A stretch of DNA of 64,000 nucleotides from a virus (IMGVR_UViG_3300037512_000782:124732-188731), one strand, 5' to 3'. Shown: positions 54,917 to 63,169, numbered from the stretch's first letter. Numbers and translations: made by a program. The notes: generated by a model not told the origin, from the letters alone.

Positions 54917-55279
54917 TATCGCGGTTAGCGCCATACCGCAAAATTGGTGCGAATCATAGCTGGCCTGGGGGCGGATCTGACTAATCTGCCGGACAAGTAG
55001 GTAGTGTGGGCTTAACAGTGCATTACTGAAAAACAAGTTCGCCTATGGGGGACTGCCGAGCTTAGTCGAGCGAGGCATATATCATGGGGAAAACGGTTGG
55101 CGAGTGACCGGAGGAGCCATTGCGGTGGCGAGTCTGGACGGACTGCGAGAGGCGAGTTCCCTTTGATGTCGGTACTGCTAGGGAGCGAGCTCGATTACAC
55201 TGGTACAGCCATTTGGTGATGTGGGCCGAGGCACGGATCCTTGTGGTAAAGAAAAGATAAATTCCTCCTCGGCATTTAT

Positions 55280-55352
55280 GGCTCCTTCGTCTAGTGGCCC
55301 AGGACCCCAGATTCTCAATCTGGTAACAGCGATTCGAATTCGCTAGGAGCTA
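55280..55352 (+). tRNA. tRNA-Glu(CUC)
   Basis: CCAGA-TT-CTC-AA-TCTGG. Confidence 0.9.
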
Positions 55353-55377
55353 TTACACAAATCGAAAAGGTTGAATC

Positions 55378-55560
55378 ATGAAAGAGAAGAGAGAGTTTGT
55401 CGAAGAGACATTGGAGCAGAAGCAAGCTCGCTGGGAGAAGCAGAGCAAGTCTGCGAAGTCGTTTGCGAAGCAGTGCGGCGTTAACTTGAAGAAGATTGCC
55501 AAGGAGCGCGACCGTATCGCTGCAGAGAAGCGTAACCGCGTTCGTACAAAGTTCTTTTAG
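55378..55560 (+). CDS. Small basic hypothetical protein
   Basis: AAGG SD; 60 aa; lies between two tRNAs. Confidence 0.55.
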   Translation: MKEKREFVEETLEQKQARWEKQSKSAKSFAKQCGVNLKKIAKERDRIAAEKRNRVRTKFF

Positions 55561-55566
55561 AACAAA

Positions 55567-55649
55567 GGAAGACTATCCTAATTGGTAAGGAATCTGACTT
55601 GAAATCAGACGCGGGAAACTGCTTGGGGGTTCGAGTCCCTCGTCTTCCG
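55567..55649 (+). tRNA. tRNA-Ser(UGA)
   Basis: TCTGA-CT-TGA-AA-TCAGA; long variable arm; G73. Confidence 0.9.
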
Positions 55650-55700
55650 TAAAGAATCATCCGATAGTCAATCACCATTTCTTAATTGTCGTAATCATAT

Positions 55701-55732
55701 AAGAAGCCACCGAGAAATCGGTGGCTTTCTTT
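55701..55732 (+). terminator. Terminator at the end of the tRNA island
   Basis: AGCCACCGA-GAAA-TCGGTGGCT plus T-rich tail. Confidence 0.75.
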
Positions 55733-55733
55733 G

Positions 55734-55762
55734 TTGACACCGGAAATGATATTTACTATATT
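55734..55762 (+). promoter_or_regulatory. Sigma70-like promoter
   Basis: TTGACA-17 nt-TATATT. Confidence 0.7.
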
Positions 55763-55849
55763 GTAATTAACATCCTCACGGATGTTTCCGTCGAAAGACC
55801 CACGTTATTATTTGTCAGGATGGCCACCGAGAGATCGGTGGTCATTCTG

Positions 55850-55878
55850 TTTACATCCAAACTGTATTTTGCTATATT
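55850..55878 (+). promoter_or_regulatory. Sigma70-like promoter
   Basis: TTTACA-17 nt-TATATT. Confidence 0.6.
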
Positions 55879-55902
55879 TGTCTCAACAACAAAGGAATAC
55901 CT

Positions 55903-57387
55903 ATGCAGCATACAGAAGGTACTTACATTCTCCCATACATCGACGGCGACAACAAATTTACTCCAGTGGTAAATATGAGGTCGTCCATCTTCCTTGCTGG
56001 CCCTTGCCCTCGTGAAAACTACGGTGAAGACTGGCGTTTCGAGGCGGCTACAATTCTCCGTCGTCTCGGCTTCAAGGGAAACATCATTTCTCCGACAAAC
56101 GATCACTACATGGAAATGCGCAAGAACTACGGTCTTGAAATGCTCAGTCAGCAGACCGAATGGGAACGCCGCATGATGCATACTTGCTCTGCGCTTGTGT
56201 TCTGGGTTCCGCGTTCCGAGAAGTGGCCAGCCTATACGACCAACGTAGAATACGGCGAATGGTACAAGAAGGAAGGCGTGTTCTTCGGTTATCCGGAAGG
56301 CGCTATCAAGAACGAATATCTTGAACTGAAGCTTCAAGAACAAAATAAGACGGCATACCATACGCTTGAGGACATTCTCAAGGCCGCCATGGAACACATC
56401 TACCGTCCAGCCGACAGCTATTTCACTGCAGACACCCACTTCGGACAAGAGCGCACTCTGCAGCTTTCTCGCCGTCCGTTCGTCGACGTCGAGGAAATGG
56501 ACTTGACGATGGTCTCCAACTGGAACAAGCGCGTCCCAGAATCTGGAATCGTGTATCACGCTGGCGACTTGATCGACCCGGCGCAAATCGACAAGTTGCC
56601 GACGGTACTCAGCAACCTTAACTTTGCCGAACTGCACTGGGTTCTCGGTAATTATGACCGCAAGATCAAGGAACAGATTCTTGACGCAATTAGTAGCGTT
56701 CGTCTGGAATACCGCCAGATATATGTGTATGACGTTGACAATCCGTGCTATGTCAACCTCAAGAAGGAAGACGGCAAGGAAGTTAAGTTCCGTGTCATTC
56801 ACGAGCCAGCCGACTTCGAATATCACGACGACACCGACGTCACGTATCTGTTCGGCCACATCCACGGTCGTTCCTTCGCTAAGCGCAACGGTTTCGACAT
56901 CGCTTGCGACTACAGCAACTATACGCCGCTTTCCAGCGAACAGGTGCTCTGGTTCAAGAATGCCATGCAGTACTGGGACAAGAACGTGTACTGCGACCGC
57001 GTGAACCGTGTTGCCGACACTGTCGAATACACGCTTGAGGCTACCGATCGTTCGTATCACTGGCCGAAGCAAGCTATCAGCAGCTTCATGCGTCTGCCGG
57101 AAGAACAGCGCCTTGTCACGTTCGGCAAGCAAGAGACGACCTATCCGACTGTGGAGATTGACTTGGCAACCGCCGTCGGCACTGTAAAGGAAATCACGCC
57201 GGACAACAAGATGGTAATCAAAATCAATAAGGATTATCCGCAAGGCCGCGTGATCGCCAAGATGCTTGAGGATAAGCTCCCAGTCAAGTATTACCTTGCT
57301 GGGGCCGCAGAAGGTTCCATGATTATCGAGCGGGATATCAAAGATCCTAGCGCGACGATCACCGAAGCTCAGCTCAAGTGCGAATAA
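55903..57387 (+). CDS. Nucleoside 2-deoxyribosyltransferase-like domain fused to a calcineurin-like metallophosphoesterase
   Basis: IFLAGP..WR..QTEWE..VFWVPR..TTNVEYG (NDT-like); ADTHFG, HAGDL, VLGNYD, LFGHIH (MPE). Confidence 0.8.
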   Translation: MQHTEGTYILPYIDGDNKFTPVVNMRSSIFLAGPCPRENYGEDWRFEAATILRRLGFKGNIISPTNDHYMEMRKNYGLEMLSQQTEWERRMMHTCSALVFWVPRSEKWPAYTTNVEYGEWYKKEGVFFGYPEGAIKNEYLELKLQEQNKTAYHTLEDILKAAMEHIYRPADSYFTADTHFGQERTLQLSRRPFVDVEEMDLTMVSNWNKRVPESGIVYHAGDLIDPAQIDKLPTVLSNLNFAELHWVLGNYDRKIKEQILDAISSVRLEYRQIYVYDVDNPCYVNLKKEDGKEVKFRVIHEPADFEYHDDTDVTYLFGHIHGRSFAKRNGFDIACDYSNYTPLSSEQVLWFKNAMQYWDKNVYCDRVNRVADTVEYTLEATDRSYHWPKQAISSFMRLPEEQRLVTFGKQETTYPTVEIDLATAVGTVKEITPDNKMVIKINKDYPQGRVIAKMLEDKLPVKYYLAGAAEGSMIIERDIKDPSATITEAQLKCE

Positions 57388-57398
57388 CCTAGTACGGC

Positions 57399-57427
57399 TT
57401 GCCACTGCAAGCCGTTTTTGCTATATT
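57399..57427 (+). promoter_or_regulatory. Sigma70-like promoter
   Basis: TTGCCA-17 nt-TATATT. Confidence 0.7.
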
Positions 57428-57434
57428 GACCGTT

Positions 57435-58004
57435 ATGAGTTATTCTATAGACGTATTTGTCGAGAAGAAGCCCAAGGGAGCCGCTACATGGCAACTAGTG
57501 GGCTCCAGTGCGCTGATGGAATGTTGTCAGCACCTTATCATCAACGATGACGACTTTGACCATAGCGATATCGACGGCGACGATTTCTATGATATGGACG
57601 AGCCAGTGTCCGACGGTCTACAGAAGTGCTTCGAGAACGGCATCGACGGATACATCGTTCGCGAATGTTCTCTTGATGAATACGAGGCGCGTTGCAAGAA
57701 GCATGTAGACGCCTTCGAGGATTCTCTGCGCGTAGGATTTAAGGCGCTCGGAATTGCTTGCGACATGAACGACTACGGCGACGTGCTTGATTTGCATAGG
57801 GAATCCAACAAGAAGTACACCGCCGACGGAAATATCCGAAAGGGATATAACCAGTTGACTTTCCCGGTCGATAAGAATTTGTTCGTTGAATTGAACTTCA
57901 AGACGGCTCGATACAAGAAGGCCCTTATGTGGCTTGGCTTGATGTACCATATCGTCGAGGAACAAGACACCGAATATCGTCTGGTGTTCGTGAGGATTTA
58001 CTAA
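57435..58004 (+). CDS. Hypothetical protein
   Basis: ATG just after the promoter; stop overlaps the next start. Confidence 0.6.
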   Translation: MSYSIDVFVEKKPKGAATWQLVGSSALMECCQHLIINDDDFDHSDIDGDDFYDMDEPVSDGLQKCFENGIDGYIVRECSLDEYEARCKKHVDAFEDSLRVGFKALGIACDMNDYGDVLDLHRESNKKYTADGNIRKGYNQLTFPVDKNLFVELNFKTARYKKALMWLGLMYHIVEEQDTEYRLVFVRIY

Positions 58005-59221
58005 TGAAAGTTTTGAGCTTGTTTGACGGCATCGCATGTGGCCGTGAAGCCCTTCGTCGCCTTGGTATCGATGTGGAGCGCTATGTCGCCTACGAGATAG
58101 AGCAGAGCGCGATTAACATCGCATTGAATAATTTCCCGGACATAGAAGAACGCGGCGACGTGTTCAAGGCCGACTTCAAGGAGTTCAAGGGATTCGATTT
58201 ACTAATCGGTGGAAGCCCTTGTACTAACTGGAGCATAGCCAAGGCTGGGCATGGCCGCGAGACTACAAATTCTGGTATAGGTTGGGAACTGTTCTCGCAG
58301 TACATCCGCGCTTGGAAGGAATCTGGTGTTCCGTACTATCTGTACGAAAACAATGCGTCCATGTCCAAGGAAATCCGCAACGCTATCTCGGAAGCGTTTG
58401 GGCACGAACCACTTGAAATCAATTCGGCGTTGGTCTCCGCGCAGACGAGAAAGCGCTTGTACTGGACGAACATCCCTGGGGCTTGTGTACCAGAAGACCA
58501 AGGGATAAAGCTGTCCAGCATCATCGAGCACGGCGTCGTAGACCGCGAGAAGTCGTTGTGCTTGGCTCGCCGCTACGCTGGCTTCCAAGGATCGCAGTCG
58601 TACCTCTGCAGACGCTATTTCGGCAAGTCCATGGGGCAAGCCGTGTTCGAGGGCAATCCGGCCAATCTGAAGGCGCTGTATCTGCAGAACGACCGTTTCA
58701 CCGATGAAGAAGGTGAGGCGACTGGCTGCATAATCCGCCCGATGACCGTGACCGAGTGCGAACGCTTGCAGACCTTGCCGGACGGTTACACCGATGGCGC
58801 TGAATGTACTCGTGTACAGCGCATCGAGGCGATCGGAAACGGCTGGACGGTCAATGTCATCGTCCATTTGATGAAGTCGCTGGAGTCGTTTAATTACGGT
58901 TTGGGCCCAGTTCCGATCGAGGCTGGATTCATCTACACGCCGTCTCGTCTGGACACGGTTGGCAGTTTGACTGAAGACGATCTCAAGGAGCTTTCCGATA
59001 CGTGCGAGGTGTGCGGAAAGCCCATCAAACACATCAAGAACGCGGTCGTGGACGTGAATGAGCGTCTGCACCCAATTTGCATTGACTGTGAACTGGATTT
59101 AAGGGCTGGCATACGCCTCCGCGACATGATGGCCGCCGCCAATGTAAACACGGTAGACGCGCTCATCAGATGGCTTGAAACAAACAGACACCTCGTAGAC
59201 AAACCGGAGTTCATGCGATGA
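58004..59221 (+). CDS. C5-cytosine DNA methyltransferase with C-terminal Zn-finger extension
   Basis: VLSLFDG, GGSPC catalytic motif, YENN, QTRKRLYW, TECERLQTLP, AIGNGW; C-terminal CEVC...CIDC. Confidence 0.9.
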   Translation: MKVLSLFDGIACGREALRRLGIDVERYVAYEIEQSAINIALNNFPDIEERGDVFKADFKEFKGFDLLIGGSPCTNWSIAKAGHGRETTNSGIGWELFSQYIRAWKESGVPYYLYENNASMSKEIRNAISEAFGHEPLEINSALVSAQTRKRLYWTNIPGACVPEDQGIKLSSIIEHGVVDREKSLCLARRYAGFQGSQSYLCRRYFGKSMGQAVFEGNPANLKALYLQNDRFTDEEGEATGCIIRPMTVTECERLQTLPDGYTDGAECTRVQRIEAIGNGWTVNVIVHLMKSLESFNYGLGPVPIEAGFIYTPSRLDTVGSLTEDDLKELSDTCEVCGKPIKHIKNAVVDVNERLHPICIDCELDLRAGIRLRDMMAAANVNTVDALIRWLETNRHLVDKPEFMR

Positions 59222-60225
59222 TCGACGAAATGCTAGACAAGGACGACGCTTACAGTCCGATACGATTCTCTCGTAACTATTTCGACGAGCCGACTAAAGT
59301 TCAGCCTTACTGGATCAGCAAGGTATTTGTGAAGAACATGTTCGGCATTGGTCGAAAGGAAGGCACTGCCGAAATCGACTTTCTCGGAAAGCCAGCGCTC
59401 ACCGCACCCAACGGATATGGAAAGACGCTTCTGTTCAAGCTGATTAACGCTGTAATGGAAGTGGCCAACGGACGGTATCCAGACACGTTGGTCAAGCTGT
59501 CGAAGACGATAGTCTCGACCGAATGGAGCTCCCACACGAACTATCATCATCTGTTCGACGAAGTTGCCGTGGAGACCGTTGGCGGACATGTCTACCGCAT
59601 TGTCACCGAGGACTATTCCACCGCGTCATACGTCTTCGAAAAAGATGGTGAACCGTATGCAATCCGTGATGGGAAGTTCGACGCGATTGTTCCGCCGCAG
59701 CGTTCAGAGACGGCTGGTTGCTATCTGTTGCCTACTGGCAGACTTGCAGCGCCCGATGCGTACATTTACGACATGCTGTGCAACTGCGGAGGAAAGGTGA
59801 ATTACACTTTCCTCAACAAGTGGTACAACTTGATGATCCAAGGTGTCGACGTCGACGATCCGACGGTGGATCCGAAACGTGTCATGAATCGCTATGTGGA
59901 TATCCCTTATGACGAGAACAAGACCTATGCGGCCAACTGCAAGGAGATCGTCGCATGGATGTCCAAGCGCCAGTTGAGCCATGGCGAGATGGAACTGATG
60001 ATGCAGCTTATGGCGATGACCAGCGGCAACAAGGTCGTGCTGATCGACGCCGCCGAAATTGGTCTTCATCCGTCCACTCAAGTAGACTACATGCGCTTGC
60101 TGTCCGCGATGTACCAGAAGGGCGTACAAGTGCTGTTCACGACCCATTCGCCGTCGATGTTCGACTTGAACTTCTCTTATTCGAACGACTTGTTCGAGAT
60201 ATTCGGCGACGACTCCGACGACTAG
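59218..60225 (+). CDS. ABC-type (AAA_15/AAA_21-like) ATPase with degenerate Walker B
   Basis: APNGYGKT, LSHGE signature, VLIDAAEIGLHP, TTHSP. Confidence 0.75.
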   Translation: MIDEMLDKDDAYSPIRFSRNYFDEPTKVQPYWISKVFVKNMFGIGRKEGTAEIDFLGKPALTAPNGYGKTLLFKLINAVMEVANGRYPDTLVKLSKTIVSTEWSSHTNYHHLFDEVAVETVGGHVYRIVTEDYSTASYVFEKDGEPYAIRDGKFDAIVPPQRSETAGCYLLPTGRLAAPDAYIYDMLCNCGGKVNYTFLNKWYNLMIQGVDVDDPTVDPKRVMNRYVDIPYDENKTYAANCKEIVAWMSKRQLSHGEMELMMQLMAMTSGNKVVLIDAAEIGLHPSTQVDYMRLLSAMYQKGVQVLFTTHSPSMFDLNFSYSNDLFEIFGDDSDD

Positions 60226-60278
60226 TTTTGGTATTACACGAGCTGACGGTGGCGCAAGGCAAAAGCTTTGCGCCATTG

Positions 60279-60287
60279 TTATAAACT
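60279..60287 (+). promoter_or_regulatory. Putative late promoter variant TTATAAACT
   Basis: Upstream of ATG 60320. Confidence 0.5.
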
Positions 60288-60319
60288 ATGAATGAATTTT
60301 TCATAGCACAGGTACCAAA

Positions 60320-61186
60320 ATGCTAGAACCAAAACAAATGTTTGTCACGGCCATGGATCGTCTGGCCGAAATCTACGCTAACGAACCCGCAAAGCTCGAA
60401 GCGATGAACCTCACCAAGGAAATTGCCCTCGAATCGTTCGGCGACGTCGGCGGTCTCTCCGGTAACATTGGTACTGAAACGGTCAGCTCGAAGCGCAGCC
60501 GTCCTCAGACTTACAGCAATGCACCGGGACTTTCCTCTATGCAGTCTCCGAAGCCGAATGCTCGTTCGCTTGCTGGCGCAATGACGCTTATCCGTAAGTG
60601 GGCTAAGAGCGATCCGGTCGGCTGCCAGAAGTGGGTCAACGACACACTCCTCAAGGACATCGAGAATACCGCCAGCACCAAGTTCGGAAACCTCAGCGAC
60701 GACTGGAAGAAGGCGTTCGATGACGAAGTCAGCGGTGCTGCCGACAAGCAGCGCGAAAAGCTTGCTGCTGACCTTGCCGCCAAGAAGGAGAAGGACGACC
60801 GCAAGGCTGGCGAGAAGTTCGCAAAGGATCAAGAAAAGGCTTTTTGGGACAAACAGAAGGCAATGCAAAAGGCTGACAAGCACCAAGCTCACGTAGACGC
60901 CCTCAACAAGATGGACGCTGAAGACGCCGAGTATGAAAAGAAACGTGCCGACATCCAGAAGAACGGCGGCGATCCGGAAATGTACGGCGACACCAAGAAG
61001 CGCGGTATGTTCAACAAGCTCGGTCGCGGATTGAAGCGCATGTGGCACTCTCTGCACGAAGCTGCCGAACAAGCAATCAAGGATGGCGACATGGCCAAGC
61101 TGGAGTCGATCAAGGCCCAGATGCTCGAAATGAAGTCGCTCTTCGAGGCTGCTGGCGTTGACTTCGACGCTGTGATTATCGGCTAA
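60320..61186 (+). CDS. Lys/Ala/Asp-rich coiled-coil late protein (possible head-internal)
   Basis: Late-like motif TTATAAACT upstream; low complexity. Confidence 0.6.
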   Translation: MLEPKQMFVTAMDRLAEIYANEPAKLEAMNLTKEIALESFGDVGGLSGNIGTETVSSKRSRPQTYSNAPGLSSMQSPKPNARSLAGAMTLIRKWAKSDPVGCQKWVNDTLLKDIENTASTKFGNLSDDWKKAFDDEVSGAADKQREKLAADLAAKKEKDDRKAGEKFAKDQEKAFWDKQKAMQKADKHQAHVDALNKMDAEDAEYEKKRADIQKNGGDPEMYGDTKKRGMFNKLGRGLKRMWHSLHEAAEQAIKDGDMAKLESIKAQMLEMKSLFEAAGVDFDAVIIG

Positions 61187-61337
61187 TTCTAGTCGAAAAC
61201 CGCAATTTGACGATTCCGAGGACGCTCGGAATCGTTTTTGTTTACTATTTTTTACACGAAAATGTAACAAAAACTATTGACAAAAATGAAAATAAGAGTT
61301 AATTTAATACCAGAACCAAACAACAAGAGGTAGATTT

Positions 61338-62006
61338 ATGTTCAAGAATATCTTCAAGCGCTGCTGGATTGCCGAAGAAGTCGTCCGTTACTTGGAATCG
61401 TTGCCGCGTTTCTTCCGCGTGTCCTATACAGTCGACGTCGGCGGACGCAGTGTCAAGTTCCCTATCCGAGACGAAGACGGAAACCTTTATGAATTTAACC
61501 GCCATGACCGCAGAGTGACTGGCATCGTGGTGAATTATCAAGACAACGACTATGGCTGCGAAACGTACTATGTCGATGACATTGTCGACGCCAAGTGCAT
61601 TCCGTACATGAAGGAAAAGTTCGACAAGCTGTTCGAACGTTTCCCGGTGTCAAAGGCGAAGATCAAGGCCAAGCACTTGTATGATATGCAGTGCAAGCTC
61701 CGCAAGGAAATCGAACGTGTCACGAAGGTTGTCGGCGCATACGACGGCAAGGACATTGTCTATAATCTGGGCGCACTTGATGACGCGCACCGTAACAGCA
61801 TCCTCGATACCGTGCGCCGTTTAGGTAGTGACTGCGTGTCGACTACATTGCTGATCACGGTATCTGGTTCTACCGACGAGGAAATCGGCGCTACTTTGAA
61901 TGAACTCGCGATGGTCGATGCTGCCGAAATGGAAAAGTTTGTCCAAGCGGCTGGCGGCGACGACGAGAACGACGGCGACATCGAGTGCATTTTCCCTGAA
62001 AATTAA
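61338..62006 (+). CDS. Hypothetical protein
   Basis: GAGG SD after a TTGACA promoter at 61277. Confidence 0.65.
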   Translation: MFKNIFKRCWIAEEVVRYLESLPRFFRVSYTVDVGGRSVKFPIRDEDGNLYEFNRHDRRVTGIVVNYQDNDYGCETYYVDDIVDAKCIPYMKEKFDKLFERFPVSKAKIKAKHLYDMQCKLRKEIERVTKVVGAYDGKDIVYNLGALDDAHRNSILDTVRRLGSDCVSTTLLITVSGSTDEEIGATLNELAMVDAAEMEKFVQAAGGDDENDGDIECIFPEN

Positions 62007-62009
62007 TAG

Positions 62010-62038
62010 TTGCCAACGTCATGGGATTTTCCTATATT
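62010..62038 (+). promoter_or_regulatory. Sigma70-like promoter
   Basis: TTGCCA-17 nt-TATATT. Confidence 0.7.
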
Positions 62039-62069
62039 TCTATTACATACGAAATACAAGGAAAAATCC

Positions 62070-62342
62070 ATGAAAACTTTGAGCAACTTGGACTACATCA
62101 ACCTCTTGGAGAAAATTCGCCAACGCGCATTTGACGCTTCGGCAACCTCGTTAATAGATTACATCGACGGTCAGATCGATGCCATCCGAATGATGGGCGA
62201 TACGCCGATCAATGGAATTCCCGGCCTGGACAATACCATTCCGCGCAACTTGGTGAACGAAGGTTCCACTGTGGCTACACTTACTCCAGCAGCTACGCCG
62301 ACACCAGCACCGACGCCTCGCTTCCGTGGCGCTGACATGTAG
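62070..62342 (+). CDS. Hypothetical protein
   Basis: AAGGA SD before ATG 62070. Confidence 0.6.
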   Translation: MKTLSNLDYINLLEKIRQRAFDASATSLIDYIDGQIDAIRMMGDTPINGIPGLDNTIPRNLVNEGSTVATLTPAATPTPAPTPRFRGADM

Positions 62343-62351
62343 GAGGTCGGT

Positions 62352-62516
62352 ATGCCGGAGAATACTGTTCTCAAGCTCGTTACACCGACGAATGTTGACT
62401 GGCAGTCGTGGCTTGACCACCTTGAGCTGCCGCATGGCGCTACGCTGAGCGATAGCGAGGCAGTAGTCGGGGCTATCAAGGCCGCCTTGAAAAAGCAAGG
62501 TCATAATATCTTATAG
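62352..62516 (+). CDS. Small hypothetical protein (54 aa, below the ORF-track cutoff)
   Basis: AGGAGG SD; MPENTVLKLVTPTNVDWQSWLDHLELP...; followed by a terminator hairpin at 62535-62566. Confidence 0.65.
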   Translation: MPENTVLKLVTPTNVDWQSWLDHLELPHGATLSDSEAVVGAIKAALKKQGHNIL

Positions 62517-62590
62517 AAATTGTTGTCTGGTTCACCGGATGCGCTTGGCGGCGCATCCGGCTTTTCGTGTTTTTTGCTAAAGGAGAAAAT

Positions 62591-63151
62591 ATGGCGTTAC
62601 ACGATGACTTTTTTGGGCTGTCGCTCTTCGACATGCGAAAGTGCATTGCGGAGAAGGCAAAATGCAAGACGCAAGATGCAATACCAGCCGCGCACCGATT
62701 ACGAAAGAAGGTCGGTGCGCTGAAGGGTAAGACAAAAGAAGACAAGCTTGATACATTACTAAAAGCTACTGGTCTTACCAAGAACGCATCGGCCTACGAC
62801 CTACTTAACGGATGTCTCGATATGTGGTGGACTGAACTGAAGTCCGCCATCGAGCCGTATGACCGCGCCGCACACGAGACGCATCCTCGTGCGCTTCCTA
62901 TCCGCCGTAAGTACAAGAAGGCCGCAGAATACTGGTCTAAGTACAAGTTCTCCAAGAGATCCGAGTTCGACGCCGTGCTGCAGAAGTACAAGTGCAAGGA
63001 CGTGGAGTTCCCATACCTCACCGTCGTCGGAACCTTGTTCGAAGTGCAGCTAGCCAACAACAGCATCAGCGAATGGCCGTTGAAGTCCAACGTGTTCGAC
63101 ATCAACGACGAGGATCCCATCGAGGAACTTGGCGACGACATGGACGCATAA
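62591..63151 (+). CDS. Hypothetical protein
   Basis: AGGAG SD before ATG 62591. Confidence 0.65.
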   Translation: MALHDDFFGLSLFDMRKCIAEKAKCKTQDAIPAAHRLRKKVGALKGKTKEDKLDTLLKATGLTKNASAYDLLNGCLDMWWTELKSAIEPYDRAAHETHPRALPIRRKYKKAAEYWSKYKFSKRSEFDAVLQKYKCKDVEFPYLTVVGTLFEVQLANNSISEWPLKSNVFDINDEDPIEELGDDMDA

Positions 63152-63169
63152 TAGAGTAATTTCTGCATC

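Noticed and set aside
54326-55275. RNase P RNA or group I/II intron
   Set aside because: Could not find GAGGAAAGUCC / AACCCGGCUUA, a domain V hairpin, or P7/J8-7 consensus
507-57405. Long antisense ORFs (for example 8829-10400, 10489-12216, 46825-48015, 55756-57405)
   Set aside because: They shadow well-supported + strand genes, have no SD or motifs, and are expected from the strong codon bias
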